Part shown: piece by piece, positions 23,217-36,739 of the stretch
How the letters are laid out: every line of letters begins with the position of its first letter
Position numbering within the stretch: the first letter of the stretch is position 1
Assembly: GCF_009834535.1 (NCBI RefSeq)
Contig: NC_045697.1
Coordinates: 25,732,001-25,796,000, forward strand
DNA from: Camelus ferus
Taxonomy: Eukaryota
Direction: 5' to 3'
Length of the DNA stretch: 64,000 bases
Made by a program: the position numbers and the translations under genes
Notes under the pieces: model-generated
The model's database searches: none
The model's input: the letters and a program-made list of their open reading frames with translations, nothing else
What the model was told of the DNA's origin: nothing

Positions 23217-26200
23217 AGGGACTCAAGGAATGAGAAAGGGAGCAATTGAAGGAGGGAGGAGGATGAAAAAGAGGGAAGAAAGAGGGAAGGAAAACAATTT
23301 ATATATATGAATTGATTAGATCAATCACTACAAAACACATTTTTTTGTAAACAGTAATTTGTAAACTTAAATTTGTGAATAAGGAAATTTAATTTAGTAT
23401 ATAACATAGATGCTACCCTATAAAGAGTTTAAGAATAAGATACAGATGTAGAAGGAAGATCGTGACATAACAAAAAGAAAATCATGAAAGAATGATTTCT
23501 CCCTGATGGTCTACATCCCGCCTTTTGAGCACAATCAAACTCTCTAGTTCGCTCTGGGTTGTTACTAGTCTTTGAGTTTATAGGCTGCCAGTAATACTCA
23601 TTGGAATTCTGGGCTGCAGAGAATAGGTAAAAATGTGTGTCCCAGAGTTTCAGTTTTTTGAGAAAACATTTACTTTAAGGTTGAAAAGTTCTTAGGTTTA
23701 GGAAGAAATGAAGAAAACCCGTATCTTGGCTCTGAATTTAAAAAAAAAAAAAAATTGTGCTATTTTTCAAAATGGCAGAACTCTGTTATAGGGAAAAATA
23801 AGGCAAAGGGCGCATTTCTTTTTCCTGCAAAGACAGCAAATATGTAAGCTTCACTGGTTTCTAGAGTTCCCTTTATGAAAATAATAGCTCAATGCTGCTT
23901 CAAGGTTATATTATTTAAAAGATACACTGTATGTGAAAACAGTCTATGAGGCTTTTCAAAAACGTGTGTAAAACAGAGCTGTTTAGTTTGACAGAGCTTC
24001 AGATGCCGAGAGATTGTGTTGAATGCAAAATCAAGTTCTGAAAGTGAAAAGCTGAAAGGTAGTGAGACAGGCTTGACTCTTGACAAGACTTCAGCACTGC
24101 TTTGTCTCAAGAGGGCAATCAGTCCATCTCAGACTCATCTCAAGGGTTTTTAAGTGGTGTCTTGGGACATTTCCACTAAGAAGTTTTTTGGTCTAATACT
24201 TAAATCTCAATGGTAGACCACTGTGTATTGTTTTTTATCACAAGTGCTGTGTCATTATGCAATTCATTACATCGGTGAAATAATTCAATACTCAAATTCT
24301 AGGAGATGAGAAACATGTTAAAATGTTGACTTCCATTTAATACTCTGATACTTGTATTCTGATAAAATCTATTGGTATGTTTGTCAGTAAAAACTGTATA
24401 GAGAATGTGAAGATACAGCAAACATACTCCAGCACAAATTGAACTGAAGTCAGTAGAACAGAGATCTTTATTTTCCTTTCTTGTAACCCCAGAGCCTATC
24501 ACTGGGCTTGGAAAAATATATATATATTAAACTTTAATTTATATTTGGTTTATAGATAAAGAAATGAATGAACAAAAGTAAAGACTCATAATAACTTAAA
24601 AGTATATCATGAACATATAAGAAGTCTAGGGAAATGGATTTCTAATTAACATTTAAAGGCATGCAGGTAATATTAAAAAAACGTGTTAAATCTGACTCCA
24701 GAGATGTGATGCAAAGAACTGCCCAGAGGCCATGTCTTCAAATTCAATGTCTGTCATCCCCAGTCTGATTTCTAAGGACAGAACTACCTGACCAAGAAGC
24801 ATAGATTCAGTTGTCGATGTTACTTTATATTTAGAACATGTTTGCTCTGTTAGCTAAAATTCGGGTAATAAAATTCCCACATGAAAAGGAAAATTCCCAC
24901 GTTGCTCTGTTCAGAGGTGGCTACACTGTATGCCTTTCTCTGAACTTGCCTTTTCTCCCACTAGATCTGCACTGTCTTGCCAGGTTTATGAGGACGTGAT
25001 TTGCCAGGTCAACCACTATACGGGCCCGGGTCTCTGATTTCTGAAACCTGGGACTCCCTGAGTCAACTGTCATCCCCTGAGAATTATAGATCAATGAGCC
25101 TGTGCCCCCTTAAAATGAAACAAAATCTAATTCATGGTGGTGCCCAATAAAAATGCTGGAAGGAAAGGGAGAAGGAAGGAAAGAAGAAAAGGAATGTACT
25201 TATATGACTTGGTTGGATCAATTATTACAAAACACAGTTTTTATAAATATTGTGTTATAAAGTACCTGGTAAGGAATTTCACTTGCTATGTAAGGACTGT
25301 GCTATCCTATAAAGAGTTTAAGATCAAGAATATGATATCTATATCTCCAGCTTTTCTGTTCCTGACTATGAGACCCTGGGCAACTTAATGTCTCTGAACA
25401 CCAGTATGCTCATAAATGTGATCAATGTAAACATATCTTTTTGAAAACGTTATTGAGGGAATCAGGGGAACTCATCTCTGTGAGAGTGGCTGGCCCATCA
25501 TGGGCACTCATCTCTCCATTTCTCCATAATCCTGATCATCCAAAGCTTGTTGTTTCATTTGACATCCATAAATTTTCCATTTATGACTTTATATGTAAGC
25601 CAATTTGAATCTCAAGTCTCTGAAGCCCAATTATGGAAGAGTATATTGACTTGAAATGTAATCAAAGCTTTTAAACTGGATTAAAAATGGTAAAGCAGCA
25701 ATAAACATACACCCACTCTGACCACAGGCATCTAATCATCCTTAAAGATAACGAGATTTACCTGGGAAGTTTATCTGGTCCATTAAGGCAATTTTTCTCT
25801 GACTAAATGTAAGGAGTTACATTTTTCAGGAAGTAATCTGTGAAAAGAAAAACAGTTTAGGTTGCAACATCTGATTGCTGGAGCTACGCTAATCTTTCAG
25901 TCCCCCAACTCCATCTGCTTTAGAATGTAGTCCTCTTTGGTGCCCGTTTTTTCCCAGTGAATGAAGCGGAAGGATGTTCTTTCCAATGTATGTTTTCTCA
26001 GGCAGTGACAAAGACCCAACGTACTAATTCCTGCCACAGCTGTGCCTTTCACATTCCCATGCCTATTTGTTACACACTTGGGTTATCTCTTACATAGCTA
26101 GGTGTGAGTGGTTCTGAGGAATATTCTCTCTATATTCATCACATAAAATGATTTTTTTAAATAAAAGCAAAAAATATATATTTAGGACAGATATGAGGTT

Positions 26201-26905
26201 TTTTGGGCTACATTTCAGAGTAACTTTACTGTCTATTAGCTCTTTTGGAAATTAAAAAACAAATGAACACCAATGGAGTTACAAGTGAAACTCAGACTTA
26301 AGAACTGGAAACCAGAGTTGGCAGCACAGGATAGCCATCAGTCCCAGGACAGCCTAACATTTAATAAGCCAGTGATACTTATGTGCACATAAGAGTTCCA
26401 GTTTCAAAACTTAAACAAACAAAAAAAATTAGAAAGCCAAGATAACACGTCACTAGGACCTTAGCTATGACTGTCTCTCACTGTGTCAAATCTTCTCTTA
26501 GATTTTAATTCTGGCTTCATCATTCTGGCTTGACCAAACTTAAAAACCTTAGCTGAGTGACTTCAAGCTTATCTGAAAAATGATGATGCAAATATTAATT
26601 TACAAGACTGTTGTCAAGATTAAACCAAATAAAACATGTTAAGTATTTAAATAAGTGTTTAAATGTTTAAAAGGGCAGGTAAAGTACAGTCAGAATGCTT
26701 CTTGGTAAACATGGTTAAAGTTATGTGAAATAACTATTTCCAACATGGTGGTACGTGTACTATTCAGACTAGAGAGTTTATGTGAAGAGTTGCTATCTCT
26801 GGTCTGGGATATCACCAACCGTAGCTTGGGCTTGACAGGCTTTTCTAAATCCTTTTCCTGTTTCACAGCAGAACAAATAACCCATAGTGGTTCCTTTAGA
26901 CAGGG

Positions 26906-27373
26906 TGCTATGGATCAAACTGTGTCTTCCCAAAATTCACATGTTAAAGTCTTAACCCTCAGCACCTCAGAATGTGGCCTTACTTAGAAATAAGATCGTG
27001 GCAGATATAATTAGTAAAGCTGAGGTCATATTGGAGAAGGGTGGAATTCCAATTCAGAAGAACTGATTTCTTACAAAAGAGGGAAATTTGGACACAGGCG
27101 CACAGGGAGAACATCATTTGATGATGAAGGCAGAGATCATGGTGATGCAGCAGAAACCACAGACTGCCAAAGATTGCTATCAAATCCCCAGAAACTAGGA
27201 GAGAAGCATGGAAAAGGTTCTTCTCCACAGCCCTCAGAAGAAGCAAACCATGCTAACACCTTGATCTTGGACTTTAGCCTCCAGAACTGTGAGACAACAT
27301 GACAACACCTTTATGTTGTTTAAGCCACCAGGTTTGTGTAAATTCGTCATGGCAGTCCTTACAAACTAGTACA
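26906..27373 (+). mobile_element. MLT1C MaLR solo LTR
   Basis: tgctatggatcaaactgtgtc...cagccctcagaagaagcaaacc...cctccagaactgtgagac...aaactagtaca; flanks caggg/cagga. Confidence 0.9.
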
Positions 27374-27492
27374 CAGGATAAGACCTCTACCTTAACTATA
27401 AACATCTTGTGTTGGCCTAGAATTATTCTACTCTTCAAAAGAAATGGCATCTCTTTGCTCTGATTCATTTTTAAAAGCCTTTAGAAAGTGTT

Positions 27493-27970
27493 TGTATCAG
27501 TCAGGGTTTCAGCAGAAAGCAGTCAACAGCCTCAGCTGAGCATTTTTAATGAAGGAACTATCTATAGAGGTATGGGAAATGCTAAAGGAACCCGCAGGAT
27601 GTTGAGACACCCAGCAGGAAGCAATAGCAACCAGCTAATATTGCCCCCCTCAACCTGCAGGAAAAAAGGAGGGGGAAGTAAACGTCATTAAGCCTGGCTA
27701 AGAGCAGCAGTCATGAAATAAGGCTGTCAGATAGAAGCCACCACCTTAGGGGGCACAGTACAGCAAGAATCACATTGAAACAGGGACACAGTTGTAGGGA
27801 GAAAAAATGCTCTGATTTATAGAAGCTTCTTTTTAGGTGATGCCAGCCAGAAACCAGAAAGCAAAGAGGTCCCGGCAATGCAGTCAGTAGGGGTCAGCCT
27901 TCCAGGGCACACAGCACACAGAGAAGGGCAGAGGATGGACCTGAGGGCAGAGAGAGAACCAGGGACCACG
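27493..27970 (-). mobile_element. LTR41/LTR40-like ERVL LTR
   Basis: tgtatcagtcaggg start; atgcagtcagtaggggtcagccttccagggcacacagca end motif. Confidence 0.6.
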
Positions 27971-27971
27971 A

Positions 27972-28400
27972 TGATGCTTTTGGCTCTGAGTAAAAAATTG
28001 CCTGACTGAAAGTGGCTTAAGCAAATGTAATTATTTGTTTCATTTTTTAAAAATGTCTGATGATCGAACTTTTAGAGTTGGTTCAGCAGTTCAGTGATGT
28101 CAGGGCACTAACCTTCTTCAGGAGTCTCTTAATTTTCTCTCATGGTGAAAATAGATTACTGCATTTCCTAACATCACACCATTACACAAGTAAGTTCAAA
28201 GCCAAGAAAAAGAGGGTCAGGGAGTTTTCACTTTTTCTTCTCTTTCTTTTGCTAATATGACCATTTCCCCCAGATTTCCCCTTATATCTTACTGGCTAGA
28301 TCTGGGTCACATGGCCACCACTCATCCAATCACTGGCAAAGGGAAATGGAATCATCACGATTGTCTTCAATTATTCGTCTCTTGGATCAGGTACCTCCTT
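27972..28400 (-). mobile_element. old MLT1 (J-L) LTR
   Basis: aaagtggcttaagcaaa and ctgggtcacatggccacc..ccaatcactggcaaagggaaatgg. Confidence 0.55.
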
Positions 28401-28899
28401 CCTGTAGGCAGAGGCTGCCTATAAAATAACAGCAAACGTGAACTGAGAAAAACAGAAGAAAGCTCAGCAAGAAAAGGCAACCACCGCATCCCCTTCCTTC
28501 CAAGTCCCCAGGATCAGAGGCCCACTGTTCCCTCCCAGTACTGGCAACACCTCGCAATTCTACTCCTTCTCTTCCTACAGCGCTGGTACTATTTAAGCTC
28601 AGCTCTAACTTCTATCATGGTTGAAAAGTCAGTGGAATCCACTCCAGTCCTGTCCTTGTCACCAGTGATTGCAGGAATCTCATAGCTTCTCCCTGCCTCT
28701 CTCTGCCTGGTTACCGAACTGAGATGTGGTGTAACTTCAAAATACCATCGGCACTTTTGTCATTATCAATGTATGGTACATGAACAAGTTGGAAAATACC
28801 AAGCTGAGGGAGCTTTTCACAATAAGAACACAGATTTTGCTGAATAATTAATATTTCAAAAAATCAATGTTAGTGATAAGGTAAAAATAGTTTTCCAAA

Positions 28900-29060
28900 A
28901 TAAGAGTCAGAAATTCTGATTTTAATCTCACTTCCTGCTGACTTACAGTGTGAACTCCATTCAAGAGGAATCATAAGCTCTCTGAGCTCATTTCTTCATC
29001 ACAATATTAGGGTAGAGGGCTAATGTTACAACCACCTCACAGAATATCTATGAGCAGTTT
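28900..29060 (+). mobile_element. MIR remnant
   Basis: ctctctgagctcatttcttcatc core-like segment. Confidence 0.4.
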
Positions 29061-31060
29061 GGGATGTGGGTGACATTCTACAATTTCAGATCTACAAATA
29101 ACAGTAATTAACATTTACGCTTTTTAGCTTACTAAATGCTTTTATAAATGAAGGGAGAGGCAGATTTGTTGACTCTATTTGTCAATACTCTCAAACTTTG
29201 AACTTAACACATCTGCTTTGAGATTTCCCCCCACTCTACTGGTGAATATTAACATCCTAATACAGTGTGCCCCAGTTTCATAAAGTCCAAGCTAGCCTAG
29301 ATGGGTTAGGTTTATTTTCGTATAATGAGCCAATCCCCTGATACCAGTTGGTTGCCAGTTTGTGCAGGTGGAGATCATGATGCACACTCGAAGAGCAAGA
29401 CAACTCCTGTCTTCAGAAAAACCTTACACTGTTACTAGCATTCCCTCATGTTTTCTCCAAACCTGACAAATTCACAGTAGCCAAGCTTACATCTTTGATT
29501 TACTGACAATGTCACATTATTATTTTCATATTGGAGGAAAGCTAGCCTGAGAACAGTCCAAATAATGACTTATAGAGGTACATTTTGAATTCTAAAAGCT
29601 TCAGCAAGTTCAAAATGTTCTCAATTACATATTCTTAAGGTTTTCTGAGTATATACACTTCCATTTCTGCAGGACATATAATACTTTTAAGATATTAAGT
29701 TACCAGACCCCCAAAATAATGCAAGAAAGATATTTCCTTCTCAGAAAAGTCCTGAAGATGATCAAACAACACTTAATCTCCCTGCTGAAATGACAACTGA
29801 TTCCTTATTTTCCACATGAAATAAACTAAGTTTAAAGAAGCAGGTGTGTCACTGCAGTATTTTCTCATCAAAAATCTACTTTAAAACTAAGGATAAAGAC
29901 AGCTTTAAACATCATTTGGTATTTACAGTAGACACCTGAGGCTCTATCCTTTTCCCAATAAGCCCAGAAATATATGTGCTGCATTAGTGGAATATGCAAT
30001 AAATAGAGTTTTATGAGTCCAGGGAATCTATTCATTACGTGTTTGTGAGCCTTTAGAAACATTAAACAGTATAAACATTATAGCCTATGTAATCTTCAAC
30101 TGATAACTTAAAATACTAAAGTGTGTACAATATTTTATCACTAAATTTGGGCACATTTCAAAGGCTCTATGTATTCGACCTTTGCCATAAACAAATTTGC
30201 TTAATAGATATATCAGTAGAATTCATGTTTCAGAAATGTTTCTCGAACCTAACTTTCATAAAACGTCCTCCCATCATTACGGACATATAGAACAAAGACT
30301 ACATACTTACCATTATCTGGATTCAATTTACTCACTGAAATCATTCTTTTCAGTCATTTTCCAGTGAACTGAGGGTGAGCCTGTCACGTGAGAATGTTCC
30401 GAATCCTTTGGAGAGGGGCTCAGACATGCCTGTGTCAGGCATCGTGGCCTGAGGCTGGAGGCCCGGCTACAGAGTTTTCTGTAGTTGGATGATCTCACTG
30501 GTTACTAGTGTCATTGTTAGAAGGGGTAAACAAATAATATTGGAACTCAGTCTCTTGAGTCTTACTTCAGAACCTTTTCACATTGTTACTAATATAGAGT
30601 TATTCTGTCCCCACCGAGGATTCAGTATGTCTTGACACCTCCCCTCTCCTTTGTCTGAAAAATGAGTAAGTGTATCACCTCAGGAAAACGATAACTTCTT
30701 TTCTGACTGTAGTAGAATCAGACTCCTCTTACTGTGTTTTATCATCAAAGGACTTGATATGCTAAAAGGAAGTCTAAATCAAAATATGGAAAAAGTGATT
30801 GTAATAAATGTGATAGGCCCATTTTTCCCTTGACCCACAGAATATGTCACCACACATTCAGAATTTGTAAGAAAGTGAAAGTTGAATAACTTAACCATAC
30901 TATGTCTCTAATTAGAATGTTCCACAAAGGAAGATGCTCTGTGACCCACAATCCACAAAAATGATGCTACCAGAGCCTACCACAGTCCAGGGAAGAAGGG
31001 ACCATCACTTTTTCACTATCCCAAATATTGCCAGAAATGTTCTGAGTACCTAAAGGAGGA

Positions 31061-31460
31061 TTTAATCAGTTCTTCACTCAACAATATGACGGTTAGTACA
31101 CTGAGCAAAACAGAGCTTCTGGGGATTATAATGCAATTGCACAGGCTTACAAAATCCAAAATCTGTAAGTAGGCCGGTAGACTGGAGAACCAGCAAAGAG
31201 TTGCAGTTGGAGGTCCAAAGGCATTCTTTTGGCAGAATTCCTTCTTTTTCAGGGGAGGCCAGTCTTTGTTTCACTAAGACCTTCAAGTGATTGGATGAAA
31301 CCCAACCACATAGTGGAGGGTGAACTTCTTTACTCAAAATCTACTGATTGAAATGTTAATCTCATCTAAAAAACACCTTCACAGAAACATCCAGAATAAG
31401 ATTTGACTACATAAGTGGGCACCCTGGCCCACCCACATTGACATAAAATTAACCATCAGA
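31061..31460 (-). mobile_element. MLT2-family (C/D) ERVL LTR
   Basis: ggcagaattccttc, ctttactcaaaatctactgattgaaatgttaatctcatc, ends ttgacataaaattaaccatcaga; candidate 5-bp TSD gagga at 31056-31060 and 31461-31465. Confidence 0.8.
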
Positions 31461-32001
31461 GAGGATTTCCCCAACCCATCTTCAAGTTTGATGATTTGCT
31501 AAAGAAAAAGTCACAGGAACAAGTGGAAATCTATTATACTCGTGGGTACGTTTATCATAGGAAAAGGATGCAGAAAGTCAGCCACAGGAAGACAGAGATA
31601 AGGGAGAGTCTCAGGGTCTCCTTAGAATGTGTTACCCTCTCAGTTTTCGTGTGTGACAATCTGCACAGAGTGTTGACAACCGAGGAAGCTCCCCCAAACT
31701 TCAGTGTCCAGAGTTTTTCTTGGGGGTTAATTGTGTAGACATGATTGATTGGTTAACTGCCCATGTGTTTGAACTCTATCTCACTCCTTTCTGGAGGTCA
31801 AGCCAATATTGTGTGGCCCGAGGAGCCCTTCGCAGGTCATGTCATTAGCATAAACTATCAGGTACTGTTCGCGGGGCCTGCTGTAAAGAACAAAGGCATT
31901 CCTATCATTCAGGAAATTCTAAGGGCTTGGCGGTTACCTGACAGGAGACAGAGACAAAGGTGAGACCACTCTTTGGGTGAGGCTAAATTCCCCACTGCAC
32001 A
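31461..32001 (-). mobile_element. MER21-family LTR
   Basis: caagtttgatgatttgctaaag, cttcagtgtccagagtttttcttgggg, attagcataaactatcagg, caggaaattctaaggg. Confidence 0.75.
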
Positions 32002-33523
32002 CTTGTTCATCTTCATCTACTTGACTCCGTTCTCACACCCCACAACCACAACGGTGTGTCCTCCACACTTCCCTGTTGTTCTCACCACAAAATGTTAGAC
32101 CTAGTTGTGTTCCTAACTTCCCCCCAGCCTCATTCTAAGCTGTACTCCTGCTCTAGTTTCTCCACTGCAGTGGTGCAGTCCTTCTCTGTTCCTTTAGCAC
32201 AGGACCTTGGCAGGGCTGATCCTTCAGCCATCAGTCGTTCTTCCCTCTCCTCTTTGCCCAGTTAACTAGTACTAATGCCTCTCATTTCTTTGCCTTTACT
32301 CAAAGTAGTTTTCATTCTATAATTAAAATGTTCTTTCCCACAAGATCTTCATCTGCATCCAGAAGAACTCTGGTTGATTCCACGCCTCATCATATTCCAG
32401 CATTTAGCTTTATTATATAATAAGTGTGAATTAAGAATTGTTTAACTAACCAAGGTCATTATGCTCAAATTGATTCACCCCAGTCCTAAGAGTGGGACTT
32501 GGGGAATAAACACATTCCCCTCATCACATAATCAGCACACGTTTGTGGAGCACTTAAGTGCGAAGCTTTGTGTAACTGGAATCCACGGCACACAAAACAG
32601 TGGTGATGAGGGAAGATGTCTGGAGCCATTATGTTATGTAGCTGGAAGTAACAAAGACGTAGTCTCCATTGCTAATGTGAATGATGTCCATCTTTCCATA
32701 TTTCAGGGAATTGTAACTATAAGCAACCTGAGATGTTCATTCAAGTACCTAGAAGTGAACAAATATTCTTACCTTTAACTCTGATTGGAGTTTGTTTTCT
32801 GTTCAGCTCCACAGAATTAGGGAGGCACAAACTGACAACAAAACTCCCAGCAGGAATCCACACGAGATTTGGGTAATGAGTCATGCTGATCACAACGTTC
32901 TCTCATTATTTGCTCACATACACCCTGGTGTGTCATCTCAGAACACACGTGCAGAGATGGAGCAAACAGAGCCTGCTTGTGCATTTGCTTCTTTCTTTCC
33001 AACACAGATGTTTGGCAGCACTCAGGAGACCGGGCACTGCGCTAATCCCGTGCCGCGTTTATGTTTGTGTTTATCTTCAAATTTATCTAACTGGTTTAAA
33101 GCCATGAATTTTTTTAGCCATAATTACAATTATAGCACTGGGTGACATTGTGGATGGGTTACTATGTTTCCAAAAAGGTAGGAAAGTTTGCTTCTGGGAA
33201 TGAATGAGTGGATGTAATGATTCTAGAAGCAACAATAGGTATCGTAAAGAACCCAAATCAGTATTTTTATGGTGGAAGTTGATTTGTTTGTTGCTGCTTT
33301 CTTTCCCTAAGTAAAAAAAAAAAAAAAAAAATCAGATTTGGAATAAACAACTAACATTTGTATAAAAGCTGGAAATTCTAAATGCATAGGTTATTTCAAA
33401 AGATAATAGATAATATAGAATTGGAGAGACTATACAGTGAATTCATCACTTAGTATAAGATAGTTTGGATTGTCCAGATATTCAAACATTCTGAAGCACA
33501 TTTCCTACTTGAACTCTCTACTT

Positions 33524-34344
33524 ATTTTTTTTAGTTATGTAAGTTTCAGGTATATAGCATTATAATTTGACATCTGTGTACATCGAAAAATGATCACCAG
33601 TATAAGTCTAGTTATCATTCATCACCATATAGTTGACCTCTTCACGCATTTTACCCACCTACAACCTACTTCCCCTCTAGTAACCACTAATCTCTTCTCT
33701 GTACCTTTGAGTTTCTTTGGCTTCATTAGATTTCACATATGAGTGAAATCATACGCTGTCTTTTTTCTGATTTATTTCACTTAACATAATAACTTCAAGG
33801 TCCATTCATGTTGTCACAAATGGCAGAATTTCATTCTTTTTATGACTGAGTAGTATTCCATTGTACATATATATTCTACCTCTTCTTTCCATTCATCCAT
33901 CAGTGGACCTTTAGGTTGTTTTCATATCTTGCCTATTGTAAATAATGTTGCAATGAACATAGGGGTGCATATATCTTTTAAAATTAGTGTTTTCATGGTT
34001 GTCATATAAATACCCGTAAGTGGAATAGCTGGGTCATATTTAGTTCTATTCATAATTTTTTGAGGACACTCCATACTGTTTTCCAAAGTGGCTGCACCAA
34101 TTTTTGTTCCCACCAATGGTGCATGACAGTTCCCTTTTCTCTACATCCTCTCCAGCATTTGTTACTTCTTGTCTTTTCTGTAACAGCCACTCTGACATGG
34201 TGAGGTGATATCACATTGTGGTTTTGATTTGCATTTCATTAATACTTAATGATGCTGAACATTTTTTCATGTGCCTGTTGGCCATCTGCTTGTCTTTTTT
34301 GAAAAAAAAAATGTCTTTCAGATCCTTTGTTCAATTTTAAGTCA
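33524..34344 (-). mobile_element. LINE-1 ORF2 C-terminus plus 3'UTR (L1MA-type)
   Basis: ORF 33922-34116 reads ..[29 protein letters not shown] aactc(t/c)ctactt at 33512-33523 and 34345-34356. Confidence 0.95.
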
Positions 34345-35453
34345 AACTCCCTACTTTGAGTTTCTGAGTGCCTTATATTTGAAACCTCTCTCAAAGATGA
34401 AAGAACACAGAAATAAACTGGAGACAGAAAAAATAGTAAAATTTAAGTATACAAAGACTTCGGGGGTAAAGTGCGTTTTAGTAGGTATATTTTCAGAATA
34501 GCTGAAATTTTTGCCTTTAATACTAAATCACACTAACCTGTGTCACATGTCTATTATGTGCCAGGCACTGACCATGTGCTTAAGAATTTCCTATTATTTC
34601 CTTATTTTGTGGAGGAAAGAACTAAGCACCAAAAATGTTGAGAAAGTTGTCCAAATATCTAAAGTTACTAATAGCTAAAAATGCAAAATACCTGAAAGAT
34701 TCATTCCAGCCTTTTAAAATAGAAATCTGCCTAAATTAGAGCCTAGGTAACTGCCTTGCCCCTGTGTAATAGAAATGTACAACTTCAGTGCCCAGCACTG
34801 TGCCTGCTATATTACATGCACACAATATTTATTGAATCATTAAAGAATTAAAAGAAAAAAATAGAAAAACAAAGAAAAAAAGATTTAAGCTTTTGTTGAT
34901 AACACAGAGTTATCATTAAAATCCGTAAAATAAGAATACCTATCAAGCTTTCCTCCAATTTCCTATTTCTATATCTAATGGATACTGTCTTGGAAGAATT
35001 TAGCCAAGTGAAAAACAATAGTATTTGTAGACAAATGCATGTCGTCCAGCATGAACTTTTGTGACATTATTTAGACAACTCATTGCTGCCTCTTTTTCTT
35101 TTAACTTCCTGACTTGGAATTATTTTAGAAGAACTGAATCCTGGATATCTGAGATTTTCTGCTGGTTTTCTAGTTTTGTTTTTTTTTAATCCAAATTATA
35201 TGTTATTGTTAAAGGTCAGTGGCTATCATATATTTCTCTTCTAAAAAGTGAAGTCATCCACAGCAGGAAAAGTATATATATGCAGTTGAATATGAACCTA
35301 ATTTCATCATTTATTCCTTACATTCTTTTCTTATAAATAGAACTGTGTTCGGTTGTAGAAATGAATCTCTACATTTCTCTCTGTTTCTCTCTCCACTTTT
35401 TTTTTTTTACATAAAATGAGGTTTGTAATCTAAAATTAGAGACACCACAATTT

Positions 35454-36739
35454 TTTTTTTTGCCTTTTTTAAATTGAAGTATAGTCATTTTACAATGTTG
35501 TGTCAATTTCTGGTGTACAGCATAAAGTTTCAGTCATACATATACATATATATTCCTTTTCATAGTCTTTTTAATCATAGATTACTACAAGATATTGAAT
35601 ATAGTTCCCTGTGCTATACAATATAAACTTGCTTATCTATTTTATATATAGTAGTTAGTATCTGCAAATCTCAAACTCCTGATTTATCCCTTCCCTACCC
35701 TCTGTCCCCTCTAGTAACTGTAAGTTTGCTTTCTATGTCTGTGAGTCTATTTCTGCTTTGTAAATAAGGTCATTTGTGTCTTTTTTTTTTCTTTTTTTTT
35801 AGATTCCACAAATAAGTGATATTATATGGTATTTTTCTTTTTCTTTCTGGCTAGTATACTTCACTTAGAATGACAATCTCCAGGTCCATCCAGGTTGGTG
35901 CAAATGGCATTATTTTTATGACTAAGTAGTATTCCATTGTATATGTATACCACAACTTCTTTATCCAGTCATCTGTCGATGGACATTTCTATGTGTTGGC
36001 TATTGTATATAGTTCTGCTATTAACATTGGGGTGCATATATCTTTTTGAATTAGACTTCCCTCTGGATATATGCCCAGGAGTGGGGTTGCTGGGTCATAT
36101 GGTAAATCTATTTTTAGTTTTTTAAGGACTCTCCATACTGTTTTCCATAATGGCTGCACCAAACTACATTCCTACCAATGGTGTGGGTGGATTCCCTTTT
36201 CTTCACACCCTCTCCAGCATTTACCATTTGTGGACTTTTGAATGATGGCCATTCTGATTGGTGAGAGATTGATACCTCATTGTAGTTTTGATTTCCATTT
36301 CTCTGATAATTAGCGATTTTGAGCATATTTTCATGCAACCATTGGCCATTTGTATGTCTTCATTGAAGAATTGCTTGTTTAGGTATTCTGCCCATTTTTG
36401 GATTGGGTTGTTGGTTTTCTGTTATTAAGTTGTATGAGCTTGAGCTGTTTGTATATTCTAGGAATTAAGCCCTTGTCAATCACATGGTTTGCAGATATCT
36501 TCTCCCATTCTGTAGGTTGGTTATCTTTTTGTTTTGTTTATGGTTTCCTGTGCTGTACAAAAGCTTTTAAGTTTAATGAGATCCTATTTGTTTACTTTTG
36601 CTTTTATTTCCATTGTCTGGGTAGACTGCCCTAGGAGAACATTGCTAAGATTTATGTCAGAAAATATTTTGCCTGTGTTTTCTTCTAGGAGGTTTATAGT
36701 ATCTTGTCTTATGTTTAAGTCTTCAAGCCATTTCGAGTT
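35454..36739 (-). mobile_element. LINE-1 about 1.3 kb, ORF2 3' part plus 3'UTR, disrupted
   Basis: Poly-T, L1 3'UTR and ORF2-like translation; TSD gaga(c/t)accacaattt at 35439-35453 and 36740-36754. Confidence 0.95.

Noticed and set aside
22925..23310. Six overlapping ORFs rich in K/E/R or F/L/S
   Set aside because: Translations of the GAAA/CAAA microsatellite
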